From contig NC_057739.1 of the NCBI RefSeq assembly GCF_004010195.1, positions 26,270,500-26,334,499 of the forward strand: a stretch of DNA of 64,000 bases, given 5' to 3'. The DNA comes from Chiloscyllium plagiosum. Taxonomy: Eukaryota. The notes beneath the pieces are model-generated. The model was not told where the DNA came from, did no database searches, and saw nothing but the letters and a program-made list of their open reading frames with translations. Shown piece by piece: positions 13,444 through 25,022 of this stretch. How positions within the stretch are numbered: position 1 is the stretch's first letter; each line of letters starts with the position of its first letter. The translations under genes and the position numbers were made by a program.

Positions 13444-13689
13444 TCAATAGACAATAGACAATAGGTGCAGGAGTAGGCCATTCTGCCCTTCGAGCCAGCA
13501 CCACCATTCATTATGATCATGGTTGATCATCCTCAATGAGTATCCTGTTCCTGTCTTATCCCTATAATCCTTGATTCCACTATCCTTAAGAGCTCTATCC
13601 AACTCTTTCTTGAAAGTATCCAGAGACTTGGCCTCCACAGCCTTCTGGGGCAGAGCATTCCATACACCCACCACTCTCTGGGTGAAGAA
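13444..13689 (-). mobile_element. CR1 LINE 3' end inserted in the RTE
   Basis: ORF 13444-13674 VVGVWNALPQKAVEAKSLDTFKKELD; (caataga)n tail; short gaggt duplication on both sides. Confidence 0.88.
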
Positions 13690-14025
13690 GAGGTAACTGA
13701 TGAGTTAGTTCTGAATTGCTAATCCAACACCGTCAATTGTTGGCTCATGAGCAACCTGCCCTTTCCAGAAGAAGGTGTAACTACCTTTCACCTCCTTCAG
13801 TTGCCCTTCATCTGTAAGGTGGGTTTCCGAAAGAGCAGCGAGGTCAATTTGACATCTCTTCAGTTCTCTGGCTACAATCGCACTTCTCTCGAGTCAGTCA
13901 CTGTTAGCTGGGACCTTCAGGGTTCTTACATTCCAGGTTCCCCAGTTGATTATTCTTCATTTCTGACTGCATGTGGGCGATCCCTCTGGACGCGGTAACC
14001 CAGTCAGGGGTTTTGAGGCAGGCTA

Positions 14026-14355
14026 CATTGGGGAGACAGGCCGCCTACTTGCGGAACGTTTCAGAGAACACCTCTGGGACACCCGCACCAACCAACCCAA
14101 CCGCCCTGTGGCTGAACACTTTAACTCCCCCTCCCACTCTGCCAAGGACATGCAGACCATGGCAACACGACACCTGGAGGAAGAGCGCCTCATCTCATCT
14201 TCTGCCTAGGAACTCTCCAACCACAAGAGATGATTTATCTTAGCCTGCTTGGCACACCCTCCTCATTCCTGAAGAAGGGCTTATGTCCGAAACTTTGATT
14301 CCCCTGCTCCTTGGATGCTGCCTGACCTGCTGCGCTTTTTCAGCAACACATTTTT
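14026..14355 (+). mobile_element. Penelope-like element 3' fragment (GIY-YIG) inserted in the RTE 5' region
   Basis: YIGETGRLLAERFREHL..RPVAEHFNSPSHS; flanked by caggcta (14019-14025 / 14356-14362). Confidence 0.88.
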
Positions 14356-14814
14356 CAGGCTATCTTTAGGGCAGCTTTTCCAGTTCCGCTCACCGCAGTG
14401 ATCCTAAACAGGGCTGCCCAGTGGTGAGCGGAGCTGCTGAAACGCTCTATCCGCCTCATCCAGGAGCAAGACATTGGGATCTGACACCCTCACCCAATGT
14501 GTCCATTTGTGACTAGGGGCTTCCCGCTACCCCAGTCCTGCCCTCTCTGCCACTAGCTGATCATCATAGGACTTGTGTCCAGGATGTAAGTAGGACCGGT
14601 GCCTTGGGAGGGTGACTCTGTGTGATATGTTTTGATGTGGGGAAGCTGGTGCACAGACAGCCACTACATGGACCTTGGCCGACAGGGGTCAAAGCCCAGT
14701 GACATGGAGACCAAGACAACTGGTGGCTCTTCCCTCTTGCAGCCCTTTGCAACTGTTGCGATGCTCTGATGTAAGCTCCGCTTTCATCCTCTGCCTGCTC
14801 CTTCATTGAAGTCT

Positions 14815-15008
14815 TAGATTAGATTAGATTAGATTCGATTGCCTACAGCGTGGAAACAGGCCCTTCGGCCCAAACAGTCCACACCGACCCTCCGAAGAGT
14901 AACCCACCCCTCTCTGACTAATGCACCTAACACTATATGGGGCAATTTAGCATGGCCAATTCACCTGACCTTCACATCTTTGGACTGTGGGAGGAAACCG
15001 GAGCACCA
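14815..15008 (-). mobile_element. HE1-type SINE, 3' part
   Basis: (tagat)n tail; gggcaatttagcatggccaattcacctgacc..ggactgtgggaggaaaccggagcac. Confidence 0.88.
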
Positions 15009-15011
15009 CAG

Positions 15012-15122
15012 AGGCTCCCTGCCTCATTCCTGATGAAGGGCTTTTTTCCGAAATGTTGATTTTCCTGCTCCTCGTGTGCTGCCTGACCTGTGGTGCTTTT
15101 CCAACACCACTCTAATCTTGAC
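15012..15122 (+). mobile_element. Penelope terminal-repeat fragment
   Basis: cctcattcctgatgaagggc..gctgcctgacctg..ttttccaacaccactctaatc, the same family as 43698-43840. Confidence 0.8.
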
Positions 15123-15316
15123 TGCTAATGTGTACTATTGTACTGTGGTATATCAATGCTGCTTATGTGTGCTGTTATACTGGAAGCCTTTCCTGCTCTT
15201 TTGCAGTCAAAATGGAGAATTCTCACCTTTTTTACAGGTAGAATAGAGGGTTCCTGCCAACTGTGAGCAGCTTTTTTGCTGTTTTTGTGGATGAATCCCA
15301 TTCATGCCTTAAAGAA

Positions 15317-15662
15317 GAATCACAGAATCCCTACAGTGTGGAAACAGGCCATTAGGCCGAACAAGTCCACACCGACCCTCTGAACAATAACCCATCCAGA
15401 CCCATTCCCCTACCCTATGACTCTGCGTTTACCCCTGACTAGCGCAACTAGCCTACATCCATGATCATTGTGGGCAATTTAGCATGGCCAATTCACCTAA
15501 CCTGCACATCTTTGGAGTGTGGGAGGAAACTGGAGCACCCGGAGGAAACCCACGCAGACCCAGGGTGGATGTGCACACTCTACACACAGTTGCCCAAGGC
15601 TAGAATCAAACTCTGGTCTCTGCCGCTGTGAGGCAGCAGTGCTATCCACTGAGCCACCATGC
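15317..15662 (-). mobile_element. HE1-type SINE, full length
   Basis: Complete V-domain body and tRNA head (ccactgagccacc) on the minus strand. Confidence 0.9.
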
Positions 15663-15669
15663 TGACCAG

Positions 15670-15882
15670 AAGAGAAAGGAACAGGAGGTCGTCATTTGAT
15701 CTCTCGGGCCTGCTGTGCCATTCAATAGGATCATGGCTGATCTGACATTCCTCACATCCACACTCCGACCTGCTCCCAGTAATCCTTGATTCTCTTACTG
15801 ATTGAGAATCTACCTACCTCAGCCTTAAACGTACACAAGGATCCTGCCCCCAGAGCACTCTGTGGCAAGGAGTTTGAAAGAG
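15670..15882 (-). mobile_element. CR1 LINE 3' tail
   Basis: ggaacaggagg..ccattcaataggatcatggctgatc..agcactctgtggcaaggagtt, similar to 13444-13689. Confidence 0.75.
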
Positions 15883-16979
15883 AAGTGCATGATTCCTGTT
15901 CCTGTTGGCTTCACTAAATGAATCTTGATGCGTTATGGTTAGCTGTTCTCTTCACGGCTTTAATCAATCAGTCCTGCCCTTTGTGGCTCCATAGAAGAAT
16001 CCTGATCCTTTACCTGATTTCCCGAGACAATTTGCATTGTTTGTGCATGACTAATAATCCCTATTCATTCACTGTTTTTCCCTGGAAGAATCCAGCCATC
16101 TGTGTGGCTGAAATAATGGAAATCTTGCCTTTTCTGTGGCTTCAGTTGTCTCCTGACTTTCTTCTTCCAGGAGAATTTTGTCTGTTTAAGCTTCTAATTT
16201 GCCCCTCTATCCCTTTAGTTCTGGCTTTTTAACATTCCCAGATCAATGGTCTCATTGTAAGTTGCTTCTGTGGTCTTTTATGTCTCTTACGGTTGCCATG
16301 TCTTGTGTGTGTTGCTGTGGTGGTGACGCTCAGTCTGAACTCCAAGTACTTTACTCATTTCTAGCTTCCCAGCTTGTAAACTGCACCTTGTTGTTTTGGA
16401 AATTTCCTTTTGCCCATGAGAGATTTCAACTTTACTCATGGAGCCTCCGAATTCCATGCACTCTCTGGACTTGACTAAAAAGATTCAGTTTCTTGGCACC
16501 CAATGCAATCTTGAGCCATTATTAAGGTTTGACACCTGTTCCAGCTCCATGGGGTTGCTAGCTCACTGCTGTGCCTGTCTTACTGTGTGGGAAATGCTTT
16601 TTATTTTTTGGCTGAGATTCTGTTTTATAGAGCCTTGCCACGTGGTTCTCTTCTGCAGGATTTCTGAACGTTCATCTCTTTCCCCCGCTGGCTCTGTGCA
16701 CGAGCAGTCATCTCGAAGTTGTGTCTGAAGAACCTTCAGATATCCAGCATTCTGTGGGATGCGGATAAATGGGATCGCCACCATTTGGCCCCATGTTGTA
16801 AGATGAATCCTCACCACAGTGTAAGGTCCATCTGATAGATTTATCATCTTTACTCCTGTGTGCTACTATCTAATTTTATTGATAGACTGCTAAATACTGA
16901 CGCGTTAAAGGTAACAAAGTGAGATAGTGTTTTTAATTGGTTATTTTAAAATGCACATGGAACATAATTGCATCTAAAA

Positions 16980-17097
16980 GGCTCTTGTGGCACAGCGGTA
17001 GTGTCTGGTAATGAACGAGGAGGCCCATGCTCACGTCCTCCTCACTCCTGGAGTGTGCAAGGACACATCTGAATTGGTTGACTAAAAATATCTATCA
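16980..17097 (+). mobile_element. short (~115 bp) tRNA-derived SINE-like repeat
   Basis: A-box-like tggcacagcggtag and tail catctgaattggttgactaaaaatatc; related copies at ~17250-17335, 43683-43922, and on the minus strand at ~22320-22415 and ~59640-59700. Confidence 0.5.
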
Positions 17098-18020
17098 AAT
17101 AGTTCTTTCTACTAGAAAATAAGTAGAAAAATGGGGACTGAATAATAATAATATAGGACCTGTTAGGGCCTATACTCAGCATGAAAATTGAGACAATCTA
17201 TGATAAATACCTGGATTACATCTTATGTTAAAAAGATACATATAAAGAGTTCTTGTGGTGCTCTGAGACAGGAGCACTGGATTCAAGTCTGACATGCTTC
17301 AAAGCTATGTTAGAATATCTCTTGGAAAATATCTAAAAATACAGGTCAAGAAAAGCCAGCCAAGAGAAGAAGTATACTTGAGTGGAGTGGCAAGCTCTGT
17401 GTAAAGGAAGAAGCAAGCTTGTACAAAGTACGTTGGGTTTTCCTGTGTGTTTCATAAATAGGCTCAAGTCATCTTTAATGAAGCGTGTGAAGATACCCTC
17501 CTTGACCCAACAAGAATAGCTGATGTGCCTGTTGCTTACATTGCATGTGTGTATTGTCCATTTGTATGTACCATTGTATCTAAATGCTTTTATATGCCAT
17601 TGTTCCTTACCTTGTTGAGAGAGAGAGAGAAACTTCTGCATTCCATTCTCTCTCACACAGATTTGCAGGCGGCCTTAAGCCTCAGCTTTTTGCTATTGTA
17701 AGTAGCAAGCTTGACATAAATCCCAGAATACCTCTCCCTTGGTGTCTTTCTATACTTTGCCTTATTCCTAAGATTTCTCATTTTACTTGCCTACAAAAAA
17801 GTTTATCTAATAAAGTCACAGTATTTGTGAATTACAAGATTCAATGTTAATTTCTTAGAATGAAGTTAGATTCTAACCGTTAGGTTGCTAACCAGAATGC
17901 TAATGGTTAAAATCTAACAACCTTAGGTTTAATCTGATTTTATGCAGGTTTCTATCCTAGAATATACATGCATAATCATAAGAAATAGGAACAAGGTAGG
18001 TTTGGCTCAATGAATGGATA

Positions 18021-18156
18021 AGCCCTTCCTGAAGAAGGGCTTATGCCCGAAACGTTGATTCTCCTGCTCCTTGGATGCTGCCTGACCTGCTGCGCTTTTC
18101 CAGCAACACATTTTTCAGTTCTGATCTCCAGCATCTGCAGTCCTCACTTTCTCCTC
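18021..18156 (+). mobile_element. short Penelope-derived insertion
   Basis: 15-bp TSD ctcaatgaatggata (18006-18020 / 18157-18171); Penelope terminal sequence with a small 5' inversion. Confidence 0.88.
18029..18056 (+). ncRNA. putative minimal type-I hammerhead ribozyme core in the Penelope terminal repeat
   Basis: CTGAAGA-a-GGGC-ttat-GCCC-GAAA-CG-TT: conserved core boxes, 4-bp stem II, palindromic ACGT stem III; stem I is only ~2 bp. Confidence 0.55.
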
Positions 18157-18699
18157 CTCAATGAATGGATATGTTTTATGTTTATAAAAATTTCTGTGTG
18201 ATGCTGGATATCTGCTTGCATTTGCTAAACAGACATTCATTTGTTGATAATTGAAAACAGCAGCCATTGGCACTAAGGAAATAAATACATAAAACTGTTT
18301 GTTATGTGATGTATCCTTGTCCATCCTAATACATGTACTCCCAATCAGTGTTAGATGTGTTTGTGTAGGAGTTTAATAAAGATTCTTTGAAGTCCAATGT
18401 GTAATTACTAGTTTGTTAGAAAGAGGCAGAATCTTTTCAGGAATACAATGCATTTTGGTAGAAAGAGTGAGGACAGCATATAGACAATAATGGATAGAAG
18501 GCCAGAGAGATGTCAAAAGATTTTTCAGTGTTTGCAGGTATCAAGAAATGGATCAAAGGTGAGTAAATAGAGTTATGGTACTGATCACTCATGATCTGAA
18601 AGACCAGAAAGAGCCAGAGGTCTCCTTAACAATTCAAATACACCAATCTCTAAACATAGGAAAAGAAAATAGGGAAGCTGTAGAAAGAGACACACAATA

Positions 18700-19060
18700 C
18701 TAGATTTTTTTTGAATAGCAGTAAAAATACAAAAGCAAAGAGCATTGCCAAATCATTGTCTCGTCCACAGTTCCTGTCTAATCAGATGAAAGGAAAAAGG
18801 CTGTAATGTTGTGTCCAGTTTGGAGATTCCTTATCACAAAAATGTCAAGGACATTGAGAAGGTGCAGGAGGGATTCAAGGATGAAAAAGTTTAATTAGGA
18901 GGGGTTATTGTGTATTCTGGGATGTTTTCATATGAATAGAGGGTGTTAAGAGGAAGTACAATGGAGCTGTTCAAATTTGAAATGTTTTGATGAAGTACCT
19001 TGGATAATGGACTTATGCTTGTAGTTGGTGACTCAGGAACAGAGGGCACAATTCCAGACT
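18700..19060 (+). mobile_element. old degenerate CR1 fragment
   Basis: tgttgtgtccagtttggag..cattgagaaggtgcaggagggattc..aacagagggcaca are decayed CR1 ORF2 motifs. Confidence 0.6.
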
Positions 19061-20371
19061 GTCACTGAAATGTTAGACTTGGACTGAAATTTATAGCTTA
19101 CCAGAATACTGATGGCAGCAGAATGTGTTTGTACAATAATATTTTAAGAAGTAAAGAAACAAAAAGGGAGCTGGGAAATAGTATAACAGACTGAGGCAGA
19201 TATCTATTCCAGAGAACTGGTATAGGGTGATGGATGGAGTAGCCTCATTTAGTTCTGTCAAAGTCCGTGCCATTTGTTCCTGAAATTCTGATCTTGAATT
19301 ATCTACATACTCGACTCTGCCTTAATCAGCCCTGTCCTCAATTTCAGCATAACAAATACTGAAATGTTAATTGCTAACAAAATAACATGACTGGCAAGGG
19401 AGCAAGTGGCATCATTAAATTGGAAATATAAACTCTGCTCACTCTGGATATACATATTAAATAAGACCAAATATTAGCAAAAGCATTCTTGCTGCAAAGT
19501 TTTGCTTGTTGTGATCTTGATTACGACTTTGTTTGCGATGTTGCTGGATCATTTGTTTTATAATTTTGCTGACGTTTTGTTAAAAAGAAGCCCTTTTCAA
19601 CAATATTCTTATTAACTTGAGGTCAGTTTAATATATTCCGAAGAAGCCAACCAGAGCTCCTGGTGTTTGCAGGCTAATTAAGAGGCAGATCATCAATAAC
19701 TAGGCTGCAGCAATAAATTTAAAATAACATGAGAAAGAGAAAAATGATCTAAATAAAATACTTCCCAGTCTTTCAACAATTTTTTTATTACACTAACAAA
19801 ACTCCTAATACACGTGGGAGAGAGCTGCATGTTTCAATCTGCATCACAGTGATCGCTCAAAGACAGATGAACAGATCCCGACCTGTATCGCACCAGGCAG
19901 TAAAAGTAGTAACACAGTCTAACGCAGAGATTTCCCCTTCCTGTGAGATCTTTTCTTTAACCTTCTGGGATTTTTCTGATGAAAGCTAAGTGGAGACAAT
20001 GAGTAAGAGTTTCCACTTTGTCAAAACCGAGTGCAGATTAATGACAGACAATTTTCGCACATACTTTGAGTGAAATGAAATCACCTTGTCATGCTTTTTG
20101 GGGTCATCTGGATTTCAGTTCTCGAGATGAGTTGGAGAAAAAAATACTGCCTCTGATCAGGAGCTCACTATTTGGGGTAGTGGGACAGGAAATTCCATGC
20201 CACTGCAGCAACTGCAAGACGTGGTTTGCTGAGAAATATTGCCCTGGATTTTGTGGTTAGAATTGAAACAATAATTGTCTCTATTAATTAAACTTCTAGC
20301 TGCCCACAGACTTGTAATTGATTTTTGTTAGTAACTTCCAGTTAACAGTGATTCTTTCAAGTATGGTGCGG

Positions 20372-20399
20372 GTGTGTGTGTGTGTGAGAGAGAGAGAGA
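20372..20399. repeat. (GT)n(GA)n compound microsatellite
   Basis: Read directly from the sequence. Confidence 0.9.
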
Positions 20400-20665
20400 T
20401 AATCCGGCCTGTAATTTTCAACCAATGACATTGAACTTGGAAAGAGTAAATTTTCAGCACCAGAGAGTTGTTAGCCAATGATTACACCGATGTTTAAATG
20501 GGCAAGTCAAACTTTTCCTATTTTATGGGTAACTTGTGGGTAAGTACTATACTTCATGCCCTGACATGTGGTTTGATACCAAGTCTCTCAATGAGATGTT
20601 GACAGACCACAGTTTGTGGGAGAGCAGAACAACTCTGACAACAACTTGCTGATTTCCATTTTTAG

Positions 20666-20760
20666 CTGTGTGTGTGTGTGTGTCTGTCTGTCTGTCTTTG
20701 AGAGTGTGTATTTGTGTATGTGTGCATTTCTGCATGATGTATGCCTTTGTGTCAGTGTGT
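20666..20760. repeat. (TG)n/(TCTG)n microsatellite with degenerate TG-rich flank
   Basis: Read directly from the sequence. Confidence 0.85.
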
Positions 20761-21791
20761 GGGAATACTGGACATTTCTGTCCAATTTCGACCTAAACAC
20801 TGAGCACTGATAGCTTCAATATTATTCTTAATCTAAACTCTATGCCCATGGGTCACTTTTGACATCACACAGCAGCTACTTAGAAGTAAGGTTTGAACCT
20901 GTAATTATGTTTCTGAATGAAAGAACTGGCAGATTAATGTTTCCTTTTTTTCACTTCTGTTTAAGTATAATCTGTGTCGCTATCCTCTGTACCACAAATA
21001 CTTTTCAAATATCTACAGGAGGGTTGTGAGTCTTCAGTTCAGTCTAGAAGCGAGTGGCATCCTTCATTATAAAGTTAGACAGTAAAGGACCACACTGTTT
21101 GTTTTAAATTTCACATACAGTCCCAAAAGAAGAACAGCATTGAAGCAATTATTGGAATCCAGTGATTGTAGCTGAGCTCTAAGAGCCAGCAAACCACCCT
21201 GCTTGGCAACACAGCCTCAGAATCATTACCATGACCTTCCCAGGGTAACAGTGATAAGCAGAACTCAGTAAAAACCTTACATTGACTCAAATAATCAATG
21301 CTTCTGTTCTGGGCTGTTTGCTGTTGTTTGGCTGGTACAGATTTTCTTGATTCACGAGGCAACTCTGACCTTTTACATCCCAAAACATGGTCAGAGTTTG
21401 AGAAAATCCCAAAAGATGGAGAAAATCAGCACCTGGAATATCTGCTGTGGTTCTCTGAAAGCGATCTATGGATTGGAGTTTTCCAGTTGCCATGTCTCCT
21501 CCCCCAGAGCAGATGGAGGATGTTAAAGTGGGTTGGATTGGTATGGAGATGCTGTGGTCATTGACTGGCATTTTACCAGTGACAGAATATAGGGTAGGCT
21601 GTCTGCTCACCCATGGGACATTCTGAAGCTCTTAAATGACTGAAGCTTGAAGACCTCTTCCCACTGCCAGTGGCTACCAGCAATGGATGGGCACTATGCC
21701 ATCTGGGGATAAAGGCTGCCTGGTAATAGCTGGCAGGCTTGGATTAATGGTACTGGACTGAAGAGCTGCCAGGTCTCCAACTGTCCGTCAA

Positions 21792-21988
21792 TTTAAAGGT
21801 AAAGATAAAGTAGTCTTCCAAACCGTAGGGCTGCTCTCTCATTTGAGTGCTTGTTTAGCATGTGGGTCACCATGCCTCAAGCAAGGGGAAGAGGTTGAGA
21901 AGAAGAGTCCTTCATGGTAACCTGCAGGAATTGAACCCAGACTGTTGGCATCACTCTCCATCACAAATCAGCCGTCTAGCTAACTGAC
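21792..21988 (-). mobile_element. tRNA-derived SINE (family not named)
   Basis: Reverse-strand B box (ggaattgaaccc) and A box (ctagctaactga), with a short (taaag)-like tail at the left end. Confidence 0.6.
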
Positions 21989-22418
21989 GCCACGTCATGA
22001 AGGGGGACCTTGGAAGCCAGAGTTGCAGACATTTAGCTCCGTTGGGACCTTAAAATCTGAGGCCACTGGAGGTGGGTTTGCCCCAAATGTTCCACCCCCA
22101 ATTACCACCCTGTAGAAGCTTGGCCATAGTTTTTTTTTGTCACTGGCTAGATACCCTGTTCACTTGTGAGGTTTGGCCTGTGTACCAAGGCAACAATTTC
22201 ACTCCCAGAGGAAAAGTGCCAGGATGTCAACTCAGTACATTAATCAAGTTTTTCCACCATAACCAAACATCAAGGAGTAAAATATTAAATCTCTTGGTTG
22301 ATATGTTATAGACGTTGTATAATCAAAATACTCAGAGATGTCATTACGCACCTCTGTAGCAGATGGGACTTTAAATCTTGGCCTCCTAGTGTAGAGGAAG
22401 GGAAACTACTACTGATAT

Positions 22419-22513
22419 AGTTAAAAATCACACAACACCAGCTTATAGTCCAATGGGTTTATTTGAAAGCACTAGCTTTCAGAGTGCTGCTCCTTCAGGT
22501 GGTTATGATATGT
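22419..22513 (-). mobile_element. terminal fragment of a second Penelope-like family
   Basis: gttaaaaatcacacaacaccag.ttatagtcca recurs at 63950-64000; flanking tactgatat duplication; reverse strand has a hammerhead-like remnant cac-ctga-aggagc..ctct-gaaagcta-gtg. Confidence 0.6.
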
Positions 22514-24523
22514 TACTGATATGTTATATTCTTATTGACGTGCCTCCATTCATCTTGTGAACTTGTCAAATAATTTAATTAAATTATTAAAGTGAATGCT
22601 TAATGTATGTACTCCTTCAAGAAAAAAATCAGATTAAAAATAAATTGAGATTAAAACAAAACTATTATCTGTATCGTTGAGTTATGTGACAAAAGGATGG
22701 CATTCATATTCAATGTATCCAAACCTTGCCCAGTATTATACCTTTCATCACAACTGTGGGAGTGTGGAGAGGTTGGGCTGTCGATGCACGATGTAAACAA
22801 TAAGGCAATATTTCAAACCTGGTCTTGTACTTTGTTGTCTGAAATGGCTGAGTAATTTTTGAGTCACAGAGATGATAACTGCACCTTTATCTTTTTAATG
22901 ATGTCTGACTGGGAGTTTGGAACAATGGGATGAATTCAGTATTTGTGAAGGTGGAACAGTGAAGTCTTCTATGACAATCATCCAATTCTGTGGCTGTGTT
23001 CATACCAGGCGAGGGCTTGGAAAGGGCTGGCATTCATGTTTTGAAATGCTGAACCCAATGTATGATTAAATTGATGCTATTTAGCAATATCATTTATCCT
23101 TGTTACCCGTAATCATTTTGAATTAACCCTCCTTCAACATCTTCAGCAGGATTTCAGTTGCATTTTCTAATATTTGTTTTTCCTTGTGCACAAATTAGTA
23201 TATATGGAACATGTTGTTCGCCACACTTCTCTACTTAGCTTTTACAAAATTGTCAGAAATTTGCCATTCATCATTGAAAGAATGTCAGCATTTCCTAATC
23301 TCCAGCCCCTTCCCCAGTGCTCCCCCAAACACACTGTCCCACACTCAGCCTCTTCCCCCATGTTGCCCCCATCTCCTTGAAAACAAAAGGGACGTTTTGG
23401 GCAACCGTATTGAATATGGAATAATTCATAATAAATGCTCCATTCCGATGTTTTCTTATTTATTTTCTGCTGGCTGTGCTGAAATTGCAGATTTTGTTTG
23501 CCAGGATATTGTTCTGCTGGTATTGGTTACTCTCAGAATCTCCGTCAGCTGCCAATAGTGTGAACTGACCAGTAAGTGTAGCAAGCGAAATTACTGTGGG
23601 GTGTCAGAATGGAGCTTCACAATCTCGCAGCTTTATGTGATATGACTCTATAGATTCTATAGCAGGAGCTGTCCTGCCATTGAGGTCAATGCTTACTCTT
23701 TTTTTTAGCAGGTTGGAAAAACTTCAAGATAAGATCATTAGCCTTAACGTCCTTTCAGTGCAGGCAATAAACGGGGTCCTGTCTTGTGCATCCAAGTCAG
23801 TTTCAGGTGATGGGGCTCTAGAAATCTGGTTCCATTGGAATAAAGGGGACCCAATTGCTAATTTAGGTGGTAACTGACTGTACCCTACATAGTGCAGCCT
23901 TTAGCCACATGGGATTGTTAAAGCCACTATCTTCTTAAGGGTTACTAGGGACGGGTAACAAACGCTGGTCCAGTCAGTGATGCTTATGTCCCACAAGTGA
24001 AGGAGAAATGACGCAACTAATATTGTTACATTTTATGGGAAGCTGGGTTAGAATTGGGGAGGGTGGGGGGAAGGAAAAATGGGAAGAGGCTTAAGTGGAC
24101 CATAAGCACCACATGGACTGGGTGTATTGAATAGCCTGTTCTATGCCATTTCTCCTACATAACTCGATACAAGTAAGTATGCACACAGAGTGATCCAGAC
24201 TGCCACTACTGTGGCATCCCCACATTTCATGATTATGACCCGACATCTTTCCTAGCGGGTAACTGCAGCCCACTTCGCTCTGACAAATCTGCTAATATGT
24301 TCTGACATTTCTCTCTTACACCCAACTTCCCTGGAACTTTGGATTCTCAAATTCCCGGGCAGCTGAGGCTGGGATGGCCACATCACTGGTCAGGAACCAA
24401 AATGTCAAAATATGCCGGAGGGAGTGGTGGAGGAGAGGCCATTACATCTTTGAAGGGAAAGTTAGATAAATACATGGAGTTGAGGATGCAGCAAGATGAT
24501 GGAAGAAAGCAGGATTAGAATCC

Positions 24524-25022
24524 AAGAGTCATCGAGATGTACAGCATGGAAACAGACCCTTCGGTCCAACCCGTCCATGCTGACCAGATATCCCAACCCA
24601 ATCTAGTTCCACCTGCCAGCACCTGGCCCATATCCCTCCTAATCCTTCATATTCATGAACCCATCCAGATGCCTTTTAAATGTTGCAATTCTACTAGCCT
24701 CTACTACTTCCTCCGGCAGCTCATTCCATACACGTACCACCTTCTGTGTGGAAAACATTGCCCCTTAGGTCTCTTTTATATCTTTCCCCTCTCACCCTAA
24801 ACCTATGCCCTCTAGGTCTGCACTCCCGCACCCCAGGGAAAAGACTTTGTCTATTTACCCTATCCATGCCCCTCATGATTTTATAAATCTCTATAAGGTC
24901 ACCCCTCAGCCTCTGATGCTCCAGGGAAAACAGCCCCAGCCTATTCAACCTCTTCCTTTAGCTCAAATCCTCCGATGCTGGCAACATCCTTGTAAATCTT
25001 TTCTGAACCCTTTCAAGTTTTC
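24524..25022 (-). mobile_element. CR1/HER1 LINE 3' fragment (young), inside an older + strand CR1 tail
   Basis: ORF 24721-24948 NRLGLFSLEHQRLRGDLIEIYKIMRG; older CR1 remnants at ~24410-24520 and ~25030-25070. Confidence 0.93.

Larger units (their letters stand above)
9990..14810 (-). mobile_element. near full-length RTE-clade LINE (APE endonuclease + RT), decayed, with nested insertions
   Basis: Minus strand ~13950-13760 reads GTWNVRTL..ARELKR.QIDLAALSET..EGQLKE..YTFFWKG; further motifs HPHSKQRHLIDYVIV, AGPDGIPAEILK, ELQYADN, LPKQIMYSQLKEGQR..GQKKCFKD; 5' UTR ~14363-14810; the 3' boundary is approximate. Confidence 0.9.

Noticed and set aside
24055-24075. G-rich tracts (also 6141-6160, 30214-30225, and poly-C 31419-31442) as functional G-quadruplexes
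   Set aside because: Simple low-complexity runs with no supporting context
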